Below the pieces are notes generated by a model, which worked only from the letters and a program-made list of their open reading frames with translations, did not search any database and was not told the origin of the DNA. The position numbers and the translations under genes are program-made. From NCBI GenBank assembly GCA_014191035.1, contig BJGX01000004.1, positions 1-60,706 on the forward strand: 60,706 bases of DNA, given 5' to 3'. How positions within the stretch are numbered: position 1 is the stretch's first letter; each line of letters begins with the position of its first letter. Origin of the DNA: Candidatus Saccharimonadota bacterium. Lineage in GTDB: Bacteria; Patescibacteriota; Saccharimonadia; CAILAD01; BJGX01. Shown here in pieces: positions 1-9,238 of the stretch.

Positions 1-324
1 AACACCACCGCCCAGACCCTGATAGACCAACAACGCGGCCGGGCAGTCGCCGAAAACCTCAATAAATTCCAAGGCCTAGACAACACCACCGCCCAAACCC
101 TGATAGACCAAAAACGAGGATGGGCAGTCGCCGAAAACCTCGATAAATTCCAAGGCCTAGATAGCGCCATCGCCGAAATCCTGATAGATTGGGGCAAAGG
201 CTATGTAGTCGCCGAAAACCTCGATAAATTCCAAGGCCTAGATAGCGCCATCGCCGAAATCCTGATAGATTGGGGCAAAGGTTGGGAAGTCGCCCGATAC
301 ATCGATAAATTCCAAGGCCTAAGC
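1..324 (+). repeat. Four 81-bp coding tandem repeats
   Basis: ATAAATTCCAAGGCCTA recurs every 81 bp; units 1/2 and units 3/4 form near-identical pairs. Confidence 0.95.
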
Positions 325-369
325 GAAGAAACTATGGAAAAGCTCAAGAGTTACTTGGATAAAAAATAA
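1..369 (+). CDS. 3' end of a tandem-repeat protein (27-aa repeats), 5'-truncated by the window
   Basis: Frame 1 is open from base 1 to TAA at 367-369: NTTAQTLIDQQRGRAVAENLNKFQGLD/NTTAQTLIDQKRGWAVAENLDKFQGLD/SAIAEILIDWGKGYVVAENLDKFQGLD/SAIAEILIDWGKGWEVARYIDKFQGLS-EETMEKLKSYLDKK*. Missing from the ORF track. Confidence 0.85.
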   Translation, partial: NTTAQTLIDQQRGRAVAENLNKFQGLDNTTAQTLIDQKRGWAVAENLDKFQGLDSAIAEILIDWGKGYVVAENLDKFQGLDSAIAEILIDWGKGWEVARYIDKFQGLSEETMEKLKSYLDKK

Positions 370-395
370 GCCCCTCGGTTTAAGAGGGGTTATTT
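365..395. terminator. Bidirectional intrinsic terminator
   Basis: AATAAGCCCCTC-loop-GAGGGGTTATT between convergent genes. Confidence 0.7.
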
Positions 396-614
396 CTTGG
401 CGTTTTCTAGCTCTTTTGCATCTAGCTGTTTCTGGTACTTATTAAGAGTGCGGATAGTGCTGGCAGCTAGGCGAAGTTTTACCTTCTGGCCATCGATGAT
501 TAAGGTCTTGGTCTGCAAGTTTGGTTTCCAGGTACGCTTAACGTGCCGCTGTGAGTGACTCACATGGTTTCCGAACTGCTTTCCTTTACCTGTTAGATCG
601 CATCTGTATGACAT
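390..614 (-). CDS. rpmB: 50S ribosomal protein L28
   Basis: CDLTGKGKQFGNHVSHSQRHVKRTWKPNLQ, the L28 signature. Confidence 0.97.
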   Translation of the reverse strand: MSYRCDLTGKGKQFGNHVSHSQRHVKRTWKPNLQTKTLIIDGQKVKLRLAASTIRTLNKYQKQLDAKELENAKK

Positions 615-702
615 AACTTGAATATATTAACACATCTGCCTTCTTTAATCAACATCTAACGGGGGTGTGTAATAAACCATGCTAGGGTGCTAAAATTATG
701 TT

Positions 703-1332
703 ATGGAACTTATATATTCGATAGTATTTTATGTAATTATTTTGGTAATTGTGCTGACAGTGCACGAGTTTAGTCATGCTTGGGCCGGACATATGCTAGG
801 TGATGTGACCGCTAAAAATGAGGGGAGGCTTACATTAAACCCAGCAAAGCATATTGATCCTTTTTTAACCCTGCTTTTGCCTTTAGGTTTGATACTGTTG
901 GGAAGCCCAGTAGTATTTGGGGCAGCTAAACCGGTGCCATTTAACCCCTATGCGGTTCGATATGGTAGGTGGGGCGCTGCACTAGTGGCATTTGCGGGCC
1001 CAGCCAGTAACCTTTTAATGGCCTTGGTAGTAGGCATGTATTTGCGGTTTGTTGATGTGGGCGGATTGGGCGGAGCGTTTTTACTACAGTTTGTATTGGT
1101 TAATGTGGCCTTTTTTATATTTAATATGATTCCATTCCCACCTTTGGACGGTAGCAGGATACTCTATGCGGTGGCGCCTCCGGGGCTACGTGATGCCATG
1201 GATAGCATAGAGCGTTACGGACTCATTGCGGTTTTTGCATTTATATTTATATTTTTCAGATTCATTGATCCAGCCTTTACCGCTGCAACAGGCGGGCTTA
1301 CCAGCTTTATTATTGGCAAGCTGGTGTTCTGA
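703..1332 (+). CDS. Site-2 protease family (M50) membrane metalloprotease
   Basis: HEFSH zinc motif, FNMIPFPPLDG motif, several TM segments. Confidence 0.93.
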   Translation: MELIYSIVFYVIILVIVLTVHEFSHAWAGHMLGDVTAKNEGRLTLNPAKHIDPFLTLLLPLGLILLGSPVVFGAAKPVPFNPYAVRYGRWGAALVAFAGPASNLLMALVVGMYLRFVDVGGLGGAFLLQFVLVNVAFFIFNMIPFPPLDGSRILYAVAPPGLRDAMDSIERYGLIAVFAFIFIFFRFIDPAFTAATGGLTSFIIGKLVF

Positions 1333-1338
1333 TATAAT
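1330..1338 (+). promoter_or_regulatory. Extended -10 promoter for the 6S-like RNA
   Basis: TG-a-TATAAT about 7 nt upstream of the predicted RNA 5' end. Confidence 0.65.
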
Positions 1339-1344
1339 AACAAG

Positions 1345-1501
1345 GCTTTCGACTGTACTCGCATTCAGGCATTAGTAACTTTTTCCGGTTACTATAACTT
1401 CTAGGGAGCTTTAGATTGCTCACTGATTTATCAGCTGATGCTGCGGGCACCCACCTGTCATTTGGCGGGAAAGGTTAATATGTCGCGGTATGGTGGAAGG
1501 C
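1345..1501 (+). ncRNA. ssrS: 6S RNA (probable)
   Basis: The ends pair (GCTTTCGACTGTACTCGC with GCGGTATGGTGGAAGGC). It contains GGGAGC (1404) and GGGCACCCACCTG..GCGGG (1445 onward), as in Bacillota-type 6S RNAs, and is flanked by a promoter and a terminator. Confidence 0.72.
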
Positions 1502-1505
1502 ATTT

Positions 1506-1534
1506 AAAAACCCTCCTTTATATGGAGGGCTTTT
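1506..1534. terminator. Bidirectional intrinsic terminator
   Basis: AAAAA-CCCTCC-loop-GGAGGG-CTTTT. Confidence 0.75.
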
Positions 1535-2075
1535 AAATTTCCCAGTGTTTGCGGTATTTTGGTTCACCATCGATTGCCTGCGCGACAATAAGGCGGATTT
1601 CGGACTTTAGACCGAGCTGTTTTCGCAGGCTAGCGACTAATTTGGCTGGATTGTATGGAATGAGCCACAGGCCTTTTGTGTAATTTATAAATCCGTGCTT
1701 TTTTAGGGTAAGTATTAGCTGGTTGCGAGCGACTTTTTTGCTTTCGGGTATATCGAAGGTGATTAAGTACCAGCGGCCATCCCAGCGTTCGGGGATAGTA
1801 AGGCCATCTTCTGTTACCTGGTGAGCTTTAAGCCGGGCCTTGCCCTTCTCGGTAATCTTAAAGACCTTTTCGTTATCTAGCAAACCAACACTGACATACC
1901 CTTGGCGAGCCAAAAGTGCAGCGGTATCGATAATGCGACGTCTTGGGGTAGCCTTAGCTGAGCTCGCAAAAACACTTAAAAGGTGTTTATTAGAACTCAA
2001 GTCGCCTAGAGTGGCGACTTTTTTGGTTTGAATGAGCCGAAGTATCTCGGCTGTCTTATTTGAGTTTCTACTCAT
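1533..2075 (-). CDS. PaaX-like transcriptional regulator (winged helix plus Cas2-like central domain)
   Basis: FKITEKGK wing followed by WDGRWYLITFDIPE..RNQL..LKKHGF..GLWLIPY; this family is common in CPR genomes. Confidence 0.85.
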   Translation of the reverse strand: MSRNSNKTAEILRLIQTKKVATLGDLSSNKHLLSVFASSAKATPRRRIIDTAALLARQGYVSVGLLDNEKVFKITEKGKARLKAHQVTEDGLTIPERWDGRWYLITFDIPESKKVARNQLILTLKKHGFINYTKGLWLIPYNPAKLVASLRKQLGLKSEIRLIVAQAIDGEPKYRKHWEI

Positions 2076-2397
2076 TTGGAGTTTTTAGCACACATAAATT
2101 ACTTACTACATAAACATTATGCCTTAGCATAACTATTATGTAAATACCTTTTTAAAACTTTTTTTAAATTTCTTATGTTTGTATCTGTTGGAGGCTTAAA
2201 AAAGAGCTTTGACTTTAAAAATTTTTTTAAATATTTTTAAAATTAAATAGGCCGATTTGTGCTAATTTACCTGTCAAAATAGAGCATTGTTCAAAAAAAG
2301 TGCACAAAACTATGAAAATTTATCATCTTTGTATTTCCTTTCTTTTATCTTTTAAATAAAAAGAGCTTAATATTGAATACTAAGCTTAAATTACATA

Positions 2398-2474
2398 TGG
2401 TCGGGGTGACAGGACTCGAACCTGCGACCTCACGGCCCCCAGCCGTACGCGCTAGCCAACTGCGCCACACCCCG
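2398..2474 (-). tRNA. tRNA-Pro(GGG)
   Basis: Reverse complement CGGGGTG...TACGG-CT-GGG-GG-CCGTG...GGTTCGAGTCC...CACCCCGACCA folds as a cloverleaf with encoded CCA. Confidence 0.97.
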
Positions 2475-2550
2475 TAAGGCTTTATATTATAAGATATGAA
2501 CCCTTAGCTCAAGCTTGGAGCACAGTTAAATAAAGGGTATTATAGAAGTT

Positions 2551-2961
2551 ATGTCGAGTGTATTTACACAAATCAAAACAGGTAAAATTCCTGGAGTTGT
2601 TCTCCATGAGGACTCTGAATGCTTCGTAATCTTAAGTAACATGCCTCATAATCCTGGCCACTTACTGGTTATACCGAATAAGGAGGTTGCTGACTGGTAT
2701 GATCTAGATCCAGAAACCTATTCACATTTGATGCTAGTTGCAAAATATTTCGGAAAGGCTACCAAAGAAATATACAAGTGCCCCAAAGTTAGCTTGGTTT
2801 CGGTTGGTTTTGATGTTCCGCATGTACACATACATGTATTTTCATTGTTTGAAATTGCAGATATAGATCACGAAAATGCTAAGCCTGCTTCGATGGACCA
2901 GCGAGAGATTGAGGCTGATAAGTTCAGAAAATACATCAGCTCTACAGGGGGCATAAAATAG
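2551..2961 (+). CDS. HIT family hydrolase
   Basis: PGHLLVIP and HVHIH histidine triad. Confidence 0.93.
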   Translation: MSSVFTQIKTGKIPGVVLHEDSECFVILSNMPHNPGHLLVIPNKEVADWYDLDPETYSHLMLVAKYFGKATKEIYKCPKVSLVSVGFDVPHVHIHVFSLFEIADIDHENAKPASMDQREIEADKFRKYISSTGGIK

Positions 2962-3749
2962 TGGTGATATTTACGGTTGTTCTTTTAGCAATCACCCAGG
3001 GCTTTACAGAGTTTTTGCCAATTTCTAGTTCGGCGCACTTGTTTTTGATACCCTGGGCGTTTAATTTGCCAAACCTTGGGCTTAGATTTGATGCAGCAAT
3101 TCATATTGGAACGGCCTTGGCCCTTTTATTATTTTTCTGGAAAGACTTCTATAATCTATTCATTAAAAGAGATAAATTGCTTATTTATATTTTAATTGCC
3201 TCAGTACCAGCTGCTTTAGCAGGTTTTTTTGGAGATAAATACATAGAAGAGTATTTTAGAGCCTCTAGCTTTGCCCCGCTGATTATTGGAGTTGGAATAA
3301 TATTTTTTGGCTTGCTAATGTTGTTTATAGATAAAAGAGCAAAACTAGACAAAGACCTTGCTCATATTGGCCGTAAAAGAGCTTTGTTTATTGGTTTTGC
3401 CCAAGCTTTGGCGCTAATACCTGGAACATCACGATCGGGGATTACCATTACTGCCGGTGAATATCTCGGGCTTAATAGAGAGTCGGCTGCTCGCTTTAGC
3501 TTCCTATTGGCAACCCCAATATCTTTAGGGGCAGGAATGTATAAGTTCCTGCAACTTATAACTGACAAAGACGCTAGCGGGACAATCTCGGCCACTATTT
3601 TAGGTATAATCGTGGCTTTTGTTGTCGGAATATTGGTAATAAAGTGGTTTTTGGATTATTTGAAGAAGCATACGCTGCTAGCCTTTGTTGTATATAGGGT
3701 GGTTCTTGGGCTAACAGTAATTTCAATTTGGTTAATAAGGAGTTTATAA
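2961..3749 (+). CDS. uppP: Undecaprenyl-diphosphate phosphatase (BacA)
   Basis: QGFTEFLPISSSAH and PGTSRSG motifs. Confidence 0.96.
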   Translation: MVIFTVVLLAITQGFTEFLPISSSAHLFLIPWAFNLPNLGLRFDAAIHIGTALALLLFFWKDFYNLFIKRDKLLIYILIASVPAALAGFFGDKYIEEYFRASSFAPLIIGVGIIFFGLLMLFIDKRAKLDKDLAHIGRKRALFIGFAQALALIPGTSRSGITITAGEYLGLNRESAARFSFLLATPISLGAGMYKFLQLITDKDASGTISATILGIIVAFVVGILVIKWFLDYLKKHTLLAFVVYRVVLGLTVISIWLIRSL

Positions 3750-3752
3750 GAA

Positions 3753-4157
3753 ATGACAGAAAGAGTTAAGGTCAATTGCGACGGAGGTTCTAGAGGTAAT
3801 CCTGGGCCTTCGGCGCTTGGTGTTGTAATAACTACAAAAGACGGCCAAATAATCGAGGAGTTCGGCGAGTATTTAGGTGAACAAACTAATAATTATGCGG
3901 AATATAGTGCAGTAATAAAGGCTTTAGAAAAACTACGAGACTTAAATATTTTAGATGCTGACTTTTATCTAGATAGTGAACTTATCGTTAAACAGCTAAA
4001 TGGAATCTATAAAGTAAAGCATGAAAACATTAAGCCGCTTAACGCCGCAGTTAATGAATTGCTATCTGGAATGAATGTGACTTTTACTCATGTCTACCGA
4101 AAAGACAACAAAGAGGCTGACGCGTTGGTGAATGAAGTGCTCGATTCCAAGAGATAG
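3753..4157 (+). CDS. rnhA: Ribonuclease HI family protein
   Basis: DGGSRGNPG, TNNYAEY, DSELIVKQ, N.EAD.L.N. Confidence 0.92.
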   Translation: MTERVKVNCDGGSRGNPGPSALGVVITTKDGQIIEEFGEYLGEQTNNYAEYSAVIKALEKLRDLNILDADFYLDSELIVKQLNGIYKVKHENIKPLNAAVNELLSGMNVTFTHVYRKDNKEADALVNEVLDSKR

Positions 4158-4183
4158 ACAAATAAGCATAAATATATTATAAT
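4155..4183 (+). promoter_or_regulatory. Sigma70 promoter of rnpB
   Basis: TAGACA-17 nt-TATAAT. Confidence 0.7.
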
Positions 4184-4187
4184 AACG

Positions 4188-4566
4188 TTGCTATGAGTTA
4201 ACGGATGGTCGCTCGATTATCGAGAGGAAAGTCCGAACAGCATAGAGTAACGGTAGTTGCTAACTGCAACCAGGAGTAATCCTAGGGAAAGTGCCACAGA
4301 GACTATACCGCCCTTCGGGGTAAGGGTGAAAAGAGTGGGGTAAGAGCCCACAGCTCGGACAGGTGATTGTCGGGGCGAGGTAAACCCTACCGGCTGCAAG
4401 ATTATGGGCCCTTCTGCAATGTGCGGAGAGATTTCTCGTCTTTTTATGGGTATATCGCGTCATGTGTTTTCACAGATTATCAGCTTGCTGGTAAAGATAG
4501 ATGGCCATCGTCTTTCGAATTTATTCGGGAGAGTACAAAATTCGGCTTATAGTTAAGTCATAGCAA
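4188..4566 (+). ncRNA. rnpB: RNase P RNA
   Basis: GAGGAAAGTCC, GAAAGTGCCACAGA, GGTAAACCC and ACAAAATTCGGCTTA conserved regions; P1 is TTGCTATGAGTTAAC/GTTAAGTCATAGCAA. Confidence 0.96.
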
Positions 4567-4631
4567 ATTAGATAACATTCGCAATCGTTTTGAGGGCGAA
4601 TGTTATTTATTTAAGTGGTAAAATAATAGTT

Positions 4632-6053
4632 ATGAGAAAACGAAGTGAATTGCTAATTGCGGTTTTTCAGATACCGGTAGATTATTTAATGCTGGTGATT
4701 AGTTTCGTTTTGGCATACTTTTTAAGAGAAGGAAGTGGAAAGCCTTTCGCTGTTGATGTTGGGGGCTATACATATCTGAACTTTATGCTGATATTTTTGC
4801 CTATTTGGTTAGTTTTGTTCTTCTCGGTTGGGCTTTATAGGCTTCGATCCGATAGAACTAAGTGGCTAGAGCTAGGTAAAATAATCGCTGCTTGCTCTGC
4901 TGGAGTAATGGCTTTAATTGTTATAGATTTTCTATCTGTTAAACCGATATTTCCTGCAAAAATAATACCGATCTATGGATTTTTATTTTCCATCGTTTTA
5001 GTGAGTTTGGGCCGAATAATTATGGGGGTTGTTCAGCGGCTTTTAGCAAGATACGGCGTGGGAGTTTATAGAGTTCTTTTCATAGGCCAAGGCCCTACAG
5101 CAGATCAGCTTAAACGAACTCTAAGAAAATTAAAAAGACGCTATAAAATCGTTTCTACAATATCTAGTATTGAATCGGTTTCCTTCCAGAAGCTAGAAAA
5201 TTTGATTAGGCGAGAGCATATAGATACGGTTCTTGTAGCAAATGTTAGCTCTGATGAGCAAAAGCTAACAGACATACTGTCATTTTGCCAAAATAATCAT
5301 GTCGGATACCAATATGTTCCAACTATGTCAGGTTTATATACTTCAAAAATATTATCTACTCAGATAGGCTCAGTGCCTGTGTTGGAAATGAAGCCAACAC
5401 CCATAGAGGGCTGGGGAAGAGTAGTAAAAAGATTATTCGATGTAATAGTTACAACTATAATTGCTTTAGTTACATTGCCAATTCAGATTGTAATTTATTT
5501 ACTTATAAAGATAACTGAACCTGGCCCAGTTATATACCCTCACGAGTGTTACGGCAGAAAAGGTAAAAAAATAAATGTCTATAAATTTAGAACAATGAAA
5601 TCTGAATATAGCTTAGGACCAAAATTTGGGGGCCAAACAATTGAAGATGTACTAAAAAAGCTTCCAAAGGATAAAGCAGAAGAGTTTAAGAAGAATGCGA
5701 AAATTAAAAATGACCCAAGAGTAAGCGGAATTGGTAAATTCTTAAGAAAAACCAGCTTAGATGAACTGCCTCAGTTATACAATGTCCTTAAGGGAGATTT
5801 AAGCTTGGTTGGCCCAAGGCCTCTTCCGGAATCTGAGTTGAAGCTACTTGGAGGTAATAAAAACTTGGCCAAAATAGTAACGATTAGGCCCGGAATTACG
5901 GGGCTGTGGCAGGTTTCTGGCAGAAACGATTTAGAATATTCGGAAAGAGTAAGGTTGAATATTTATTACATCGAAAACTGGTCTTTGTGGCTAGATATAA
6001 AAATATTATTTAAAACTTTTTGGCAGGCTGTTTTTGAACGCAATGGACTCTAA
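4632..6053 (+). CDS. Polyprenyl-phosphate sugar transferase (WcaJ/WbaP family)
   Basis: N-terminal TMs; KRLFD, YKFRTM, DPRV..IGKFLRKTSLDELPQL, LVGPRP, PGITGLWQVSGRN. ATG at 4632 preferred over TTG at 4590. Confidence 0.93.
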   Translation: MRKRSELLIAVFQIPVDYLMLVISFVLAYFLREGSGKPFAVDVGGYTYLNFMLIFLPIWLVLFFSVGLYRLRSDRTKWLELGKIIAACSAGVMALIVIDFLSVKPIFPAKIIPIYGFLFSIVLVSLGRIIMGVVQRLLARYGVGVYRVLFIGQGPTADQLKRTLRKLKRRYKIVSTISSIESVSFQKLENLIRREHIDTVLVANVSSDEQKLTDILSFCQNNHVGYQYVPTMSGLYTSKILSTQIGSVPVLEMKPTPIEGWGRVVKRLFDVIVTTIIALVTLPIQIVIYLLIKITEPGPVIYPHECYGRKGKKINVYKFRTMKSEYSLGPKFGGQTIEDVLKKLPKDKAEEFKKNAKIKNDPRVSGIGKFLRKTSLDELPQLYNVLKGDLSLVGPRPLPESELKLLGGNKNLAKIVTIRPGITGLWQVSGRNDLEYSERVRLNIYYIENWSLWLDIKILFKTFWQAVFERNGL

Positions 6054-7167
6054 AAAAGACTTTTCCAAGCTAAAGGTAGCTATTGTCCATGATTGGCTAG
6101 TTGGGTTGGGCGGTGCTGAAAGAGTTGTTGAGTCTATGCTCAAGCTTTTTCCCCAAGCGGATCTTTTTACTAGTGTTTATGATGATACGAAAATCAATAT
6201 TTTTAAGAATCGAAAAGTTATAACAACCTTTTTGCAAGACTGGCCATTATCTAAGAAAAAACATCAACTATTTGCCTCTTTGAGACCTTTGGCTTTTGAG
6301 AGTTTGGATTTGAGTGATTATGATCTGGTCTTATCTAGTTCCAGCGCCGAATCCAAAGGAGTAATAACACACACCGAGACTTTGCACGTGAGCTACATAC
6401 ATACCCCAGTGAGGTATTATTGGAGCTCTTATGATGAGTATCTCAAAAATCCTGGATTTGGGCTTTTAAACCCCTTTATAAGGCTTGTAATGCCTAGTAT
6501 GGTTAAAAAATTAAAGAGCTGGGATTATGCAGCCGCGCAAAGGCCGGATTTTATGATTGCCAACTCGAAAGAAGTATCATCTAGAATAAAGAAATACTAC
6601 AAGAGAAAGAGTGAAACTATAAACCCACCTGTAAATATAAAAAGGTTTTCGAAGATAAAAAGAAGTCACGAAGATTATTACCTTGTCGTTTCAAGATTTG
6701 TACCATACAAAAGGATAGATCTGGCGATAAAAGCCTGTAATGATCTTGAGAGAAAACTAATTGTCGCCGGAAGAGGCCCCGAAATAAAGAATCTTAAAAA
6801 GCTAGCTTCAAAAAACATTACATTTATTGAAGATCCTACAGATAAAAAAGTAGACTCCCTGTACGCAGGCGCCAAAGCATTTATTTTTTCTGCAGAGGAG
6901 GATTTTGGCATAACACCAGTTGAAGCGATGGCTGCAGGGGTTCCGGTGATATGTTTTGGCAGGGCGGGCGCAACTGAAACGGTAATAAATGGTAAAACAG
7001 GCTTGTATCATGACAAGCAGTCAGTACAAAGCCTGAAGGATGCAATCGAAAAATTCGAAACTATGCAGTTTGATACTAAATTAATAAAGTCTAGAGCGAG
7101 AGATTTTTCAGAAGATAAGTTTTTGAGCGCTTTAGGAGGGTTTATAAGTGAGAAGCTCAAGAAATAA
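6043..7167 (+). CDS. GT4 glycosyltransferase
   Basis: VHDWLVGLGGAERV and EEDFGITPVEAMAAG. Confidence 0.93.
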   Translation: MDSKKDFSKLKVAIVHDWLVGLGGAERVVESMLKLFPQADLFTSVYDDTKINIFKNRKVITTFLQDWPLSKKKHQLFASLRPLAFESLDLSDYDLVLSSSSAESKGVITHTETLHVSYIHTPVRYYWSSYDEYLKNPGFGLLNPFIRLVMPSMVKKLKSWDYAAAQRPDFMIANSKEVSSRIKKYYKRKSETINPPVNIKRFSKIKRSHEDYYLVVSRFVPYKRIDLAIKACNDLERKLIVAGRGPEIKNLKKLASKNITFIEDPTDKKVDSLYAGAKAFIFSAEEDFGITPVEAMAAGVPVICFGRAGATETVINGKTGLYHDKQSVQSLKDAIEKFETMQFDTKLIKSRARDFSEDKFLSALGGFISEKLKK

Positions 7168-8581
7168 AAAAAGTAGAAAGTTTCTATTAACTTCATTGTT
7201 TGCTTTATTAATTATTATCTTATTGGTTTTTGGTCTATCAAGATTACCAAAATATATAAATAAAGTTGTTGATAAAACAACAAAAATTAGTGAATATAAT
7301 CTTTTATTACAAAACTTTCTAGGGACAGAAAAGAGAAACGATACCTTAATTTTATTTATGAATAATGCCGAGCAAAGGTATGGAGGGGGATTTATTGGTA
7401 GTCTTGGCTATGTGAGTCTGGATAAGGGTAAAATTAAGCTAGATCCAGTTAGAGAAGTATATTACTATGACTATTTCTTTGGCGAGGCAAACTATATAGA
7501 GAAATCGCCGGACCCTACAGAGGGTGAGGTTCTTTATTCCTTGAAGGATAGTGGGCAAAGCTTAGACTGGCCCGCTAATGCTAAAAGAGCTGATATAATT
7601 TTTGAAAGGCTCTCCAAGAAAAATGTAAACACAGTATTAGGAGTTACCCCTGAAGTTTTAAAGTATTTAATTCAAAAGACCGGCCCAATAGAGCTTAAAG
7701 ACTATAAACTCACCGTTACAGACAGCAATATTACCGAAACTATTCAACAGCAAGTGGAATTCGGCAAGGACAAGAGGCAGGGTAAAGACCCTAAGACTAT
7801 TTTAACTAGTATTGTTACGGTCTTAATGGAAAGACTACAGAAAAAAAATATCGCAGAATTAAAAGATTTAGCTCTAGGTCTTGAAAAACTGGCAGAAAGC
7901 CGCCAAATTTTAGTTTACAGTTCAGATTATGAGGTTTCTCAGCTTTTAAAAAAATATAAACTGGACGGTTCACTTGAAAGCACATCTGCTGACTACTTTT
8001 TAACAAGTGAAAAGAATTTGAGTATCGATAAGAGCAATGCTTTTATAGATAGAAAAATCAGCAGATCATTTAATATTATTGAAGATGGCTCTATAGAGGT
8101 GAGTGCAAAGATAGTCAGAAATCAGACATTACCTGTTTCATTCCCTTATTATGATCCTAATATTCCTGATGTGTTAACTCATGTTGTTAGAAAAAATAAG
8201 AGCTTTATTAAGATTGCCCTTCCGAAAAAGACTCAGATAATTGATTATGAAGGTGCCACAAAGCTTGAATTTAGAGGTTCGGAAGGTGGTTACGATATTT
8301 ATGGATTTCAAAGCGATTTGGAGCCCTTAGTACCATCAGAATATAATTTTAAGTATAAGCTGCCCTTTAAGCTGGCAGGCGAGAGTACTTTTCAGCTAGA
8401 TTCATACATTCAATATCCAAACGGCGGGTGGAAAAATGAAGTTGCAAATGAATTTGTTGCACCCAAGGGATGGAGACTTAAGTATAGCAACCAGCCAATT
8501 AAGCAGAGTGGCGGCAAAGTTTACTATAACGAAAAAGTAGATAAAGATATCCAGCTTAAGCTCATATACGAAAAAAAGTAA
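7148..8581 (+). CDS. Membrane-anchored DUF4012-like protein
   Basis: N-terminal TM then LILFMNNAEQRYGGGFIGS, resembling the DUF4012 motif; located in a glycan locus. Confidence 0.7.
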   Translation: MRSSRNKKSRKFLLTSLFALLIIILLVFGLSRLPKYINKVVDKTTKISEYNLLLQNFLGTEKRNDTLILFMNNAEQRYGGGFIGSLGYVSLDKGKIKLDPVREVYYYDYFFGEANYIEKSPDPTEGEVLYSLKDSGQSLDWPANAKRADIIFERLSKKNVNTVLGVTPEVLKYLIQKTGPIELKDYKLTVTDSNITETIQQQVEFGKDKRQGKDPKTILTSIVTVLMERLQKKNIAELKDLALGLEKLAESRQILVYSSDYEVSQLLKKYKLDGSLESTSADYFLTSEKNLSIDKSNAFIDRKISRSFNIIEDGSIEVSAKIVRNQTLPVSFPYYDPNIPDVLTHVVRKNKSFIKIALPKKTQIIDYEGATKLEFRGSEGGYDIYGFQSDLEPLVPSEYNFKYKLPFKLAGESTFQLDSYIQYPNGGWKNEVANEFVAPKGWRLKYSNQPIKQSGGKVYYNEKVDKDIQLKLIYEKK

Positions 8582-8650
8582 AAAATAGTCATAAAATTAG
8601 ATAATATCTCAAAAAGCTGTGATGATAAAGCGGGCTTAAAGTCCCTATAA

Positions 8651-8678
8651 AAAATACCCCACAAGGATGGGGTATTTT
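8651..8678. terminator. Bidirectional intrinsic terminator
   Basis: AAAATACCCCA-loop-TGGGGTATTTT. Confidence 0.8.
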
Positions 8679-8700
8679 GTAATTTATTTTTAATAAATAC

Positions 8701-9042
8701 TTACTTAGAGAGCTTAGTTATTTCTGTAAATGCTTTTGGCTGACTTACTGCTAGCTCTGCAAGTACTTTTCGGTTAAGTTCAATGTTGGCCTTCTTAAGA
8801 CCTGCCATAAGAACAGAGTAGCTAGTACCATTTTCTTTGGCGGCAGCTGATATTCTAGTAATCCAAAGACTTCTTAGGTCTCGCTTCTTGTTACGGCGGT
8901 CTCGGTACTGGTAGCTTAAAGCTTTAATTACGGCTTCGTTAGCTTTTCTGTAAGAACTACGTCGGATTTTTGAGTATCCTTTTGTAAGTTTTAGAACTTT
9001 CTTATGTCTTTTTCTGGCGGCTACGCCTCTTTTAACTCTCAT
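8701..9042 (-). CDS. rplT: 50S ribosomal protein L20
   Basis: [37 protein letters not shown]. Confidence 0.98.
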   Translation of the reverse strand: MRVKRGVAARKRHKKVLKLTKGYSKIRRSSYRKANEAVIKALSYQYRDRRNKKRDLRSLWITRISAAAKENGTSYSVLMAGLKKANIELNRKVLAELAVSQPKAFTEITKLSK

Positions 9043-9043
9043 T

Positions 9044-9238
9044 TTAGACTCCTAGTGCCTTCTTAATGTTTTTTACATCAGATTCGGAAGCTGGATGCTC
9101 TAGCGTGTAGGCTCTTTTTCGGGCAGCAGATTTTTTGGTCTTTAAGTGACCACGAGTAGCCTTACGACGCATAACTTTTCCGCTTGCGGTAATCTTGAAC
9201 CTCTTAGATGTAGTTTTACTAGTCTTGATCTTTGGCAT
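9044..9238 (-). CDS. rpmI: 50S ribosomal protein L35
   Basis: [19 protein letters not shown]; lies between infC and rplT. Confidence 0.97.
   Translation of the reverse strand: MPKIKTSKTTSKRFKITASGKVMRRKATRGHLKTKKSAARKRAYTLEHPASESDVKNIKKALGV

Noticed and set aside
1..324. 81-bp repeats as a CRISPR array or DGR template/variable pair
   Set aside because: The repeats are in-frame coding units without unique spacers; differences are not confined to adenines; no reverse transcriptase in the window.
703..1332. Alternative genetic code (UGA=Gly, as in Gracilibacteria/Absconditabacteria)
   Set aside because: Conserved genes are full-length under code 11, and TGA ends this gene at the expected position.
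1533..2075. Cas2-like motif (FDIPE) suggesting CRISPR-Cas
   Set aside because: It is fused to a winged helix (PaaX-like); there is no cas1, other cas gene or repeat-spacer array in the window.
2119..2146. dif-like site (TTATGTAAATA arm)
   Set aside because: The inverted CATAA arm is only 3 bp away rather than 6, and the XerC-side match is poor.
4217..4552. Short ORFs at 4217-4552
   Set aside because: They overlap the RNase P RNA.
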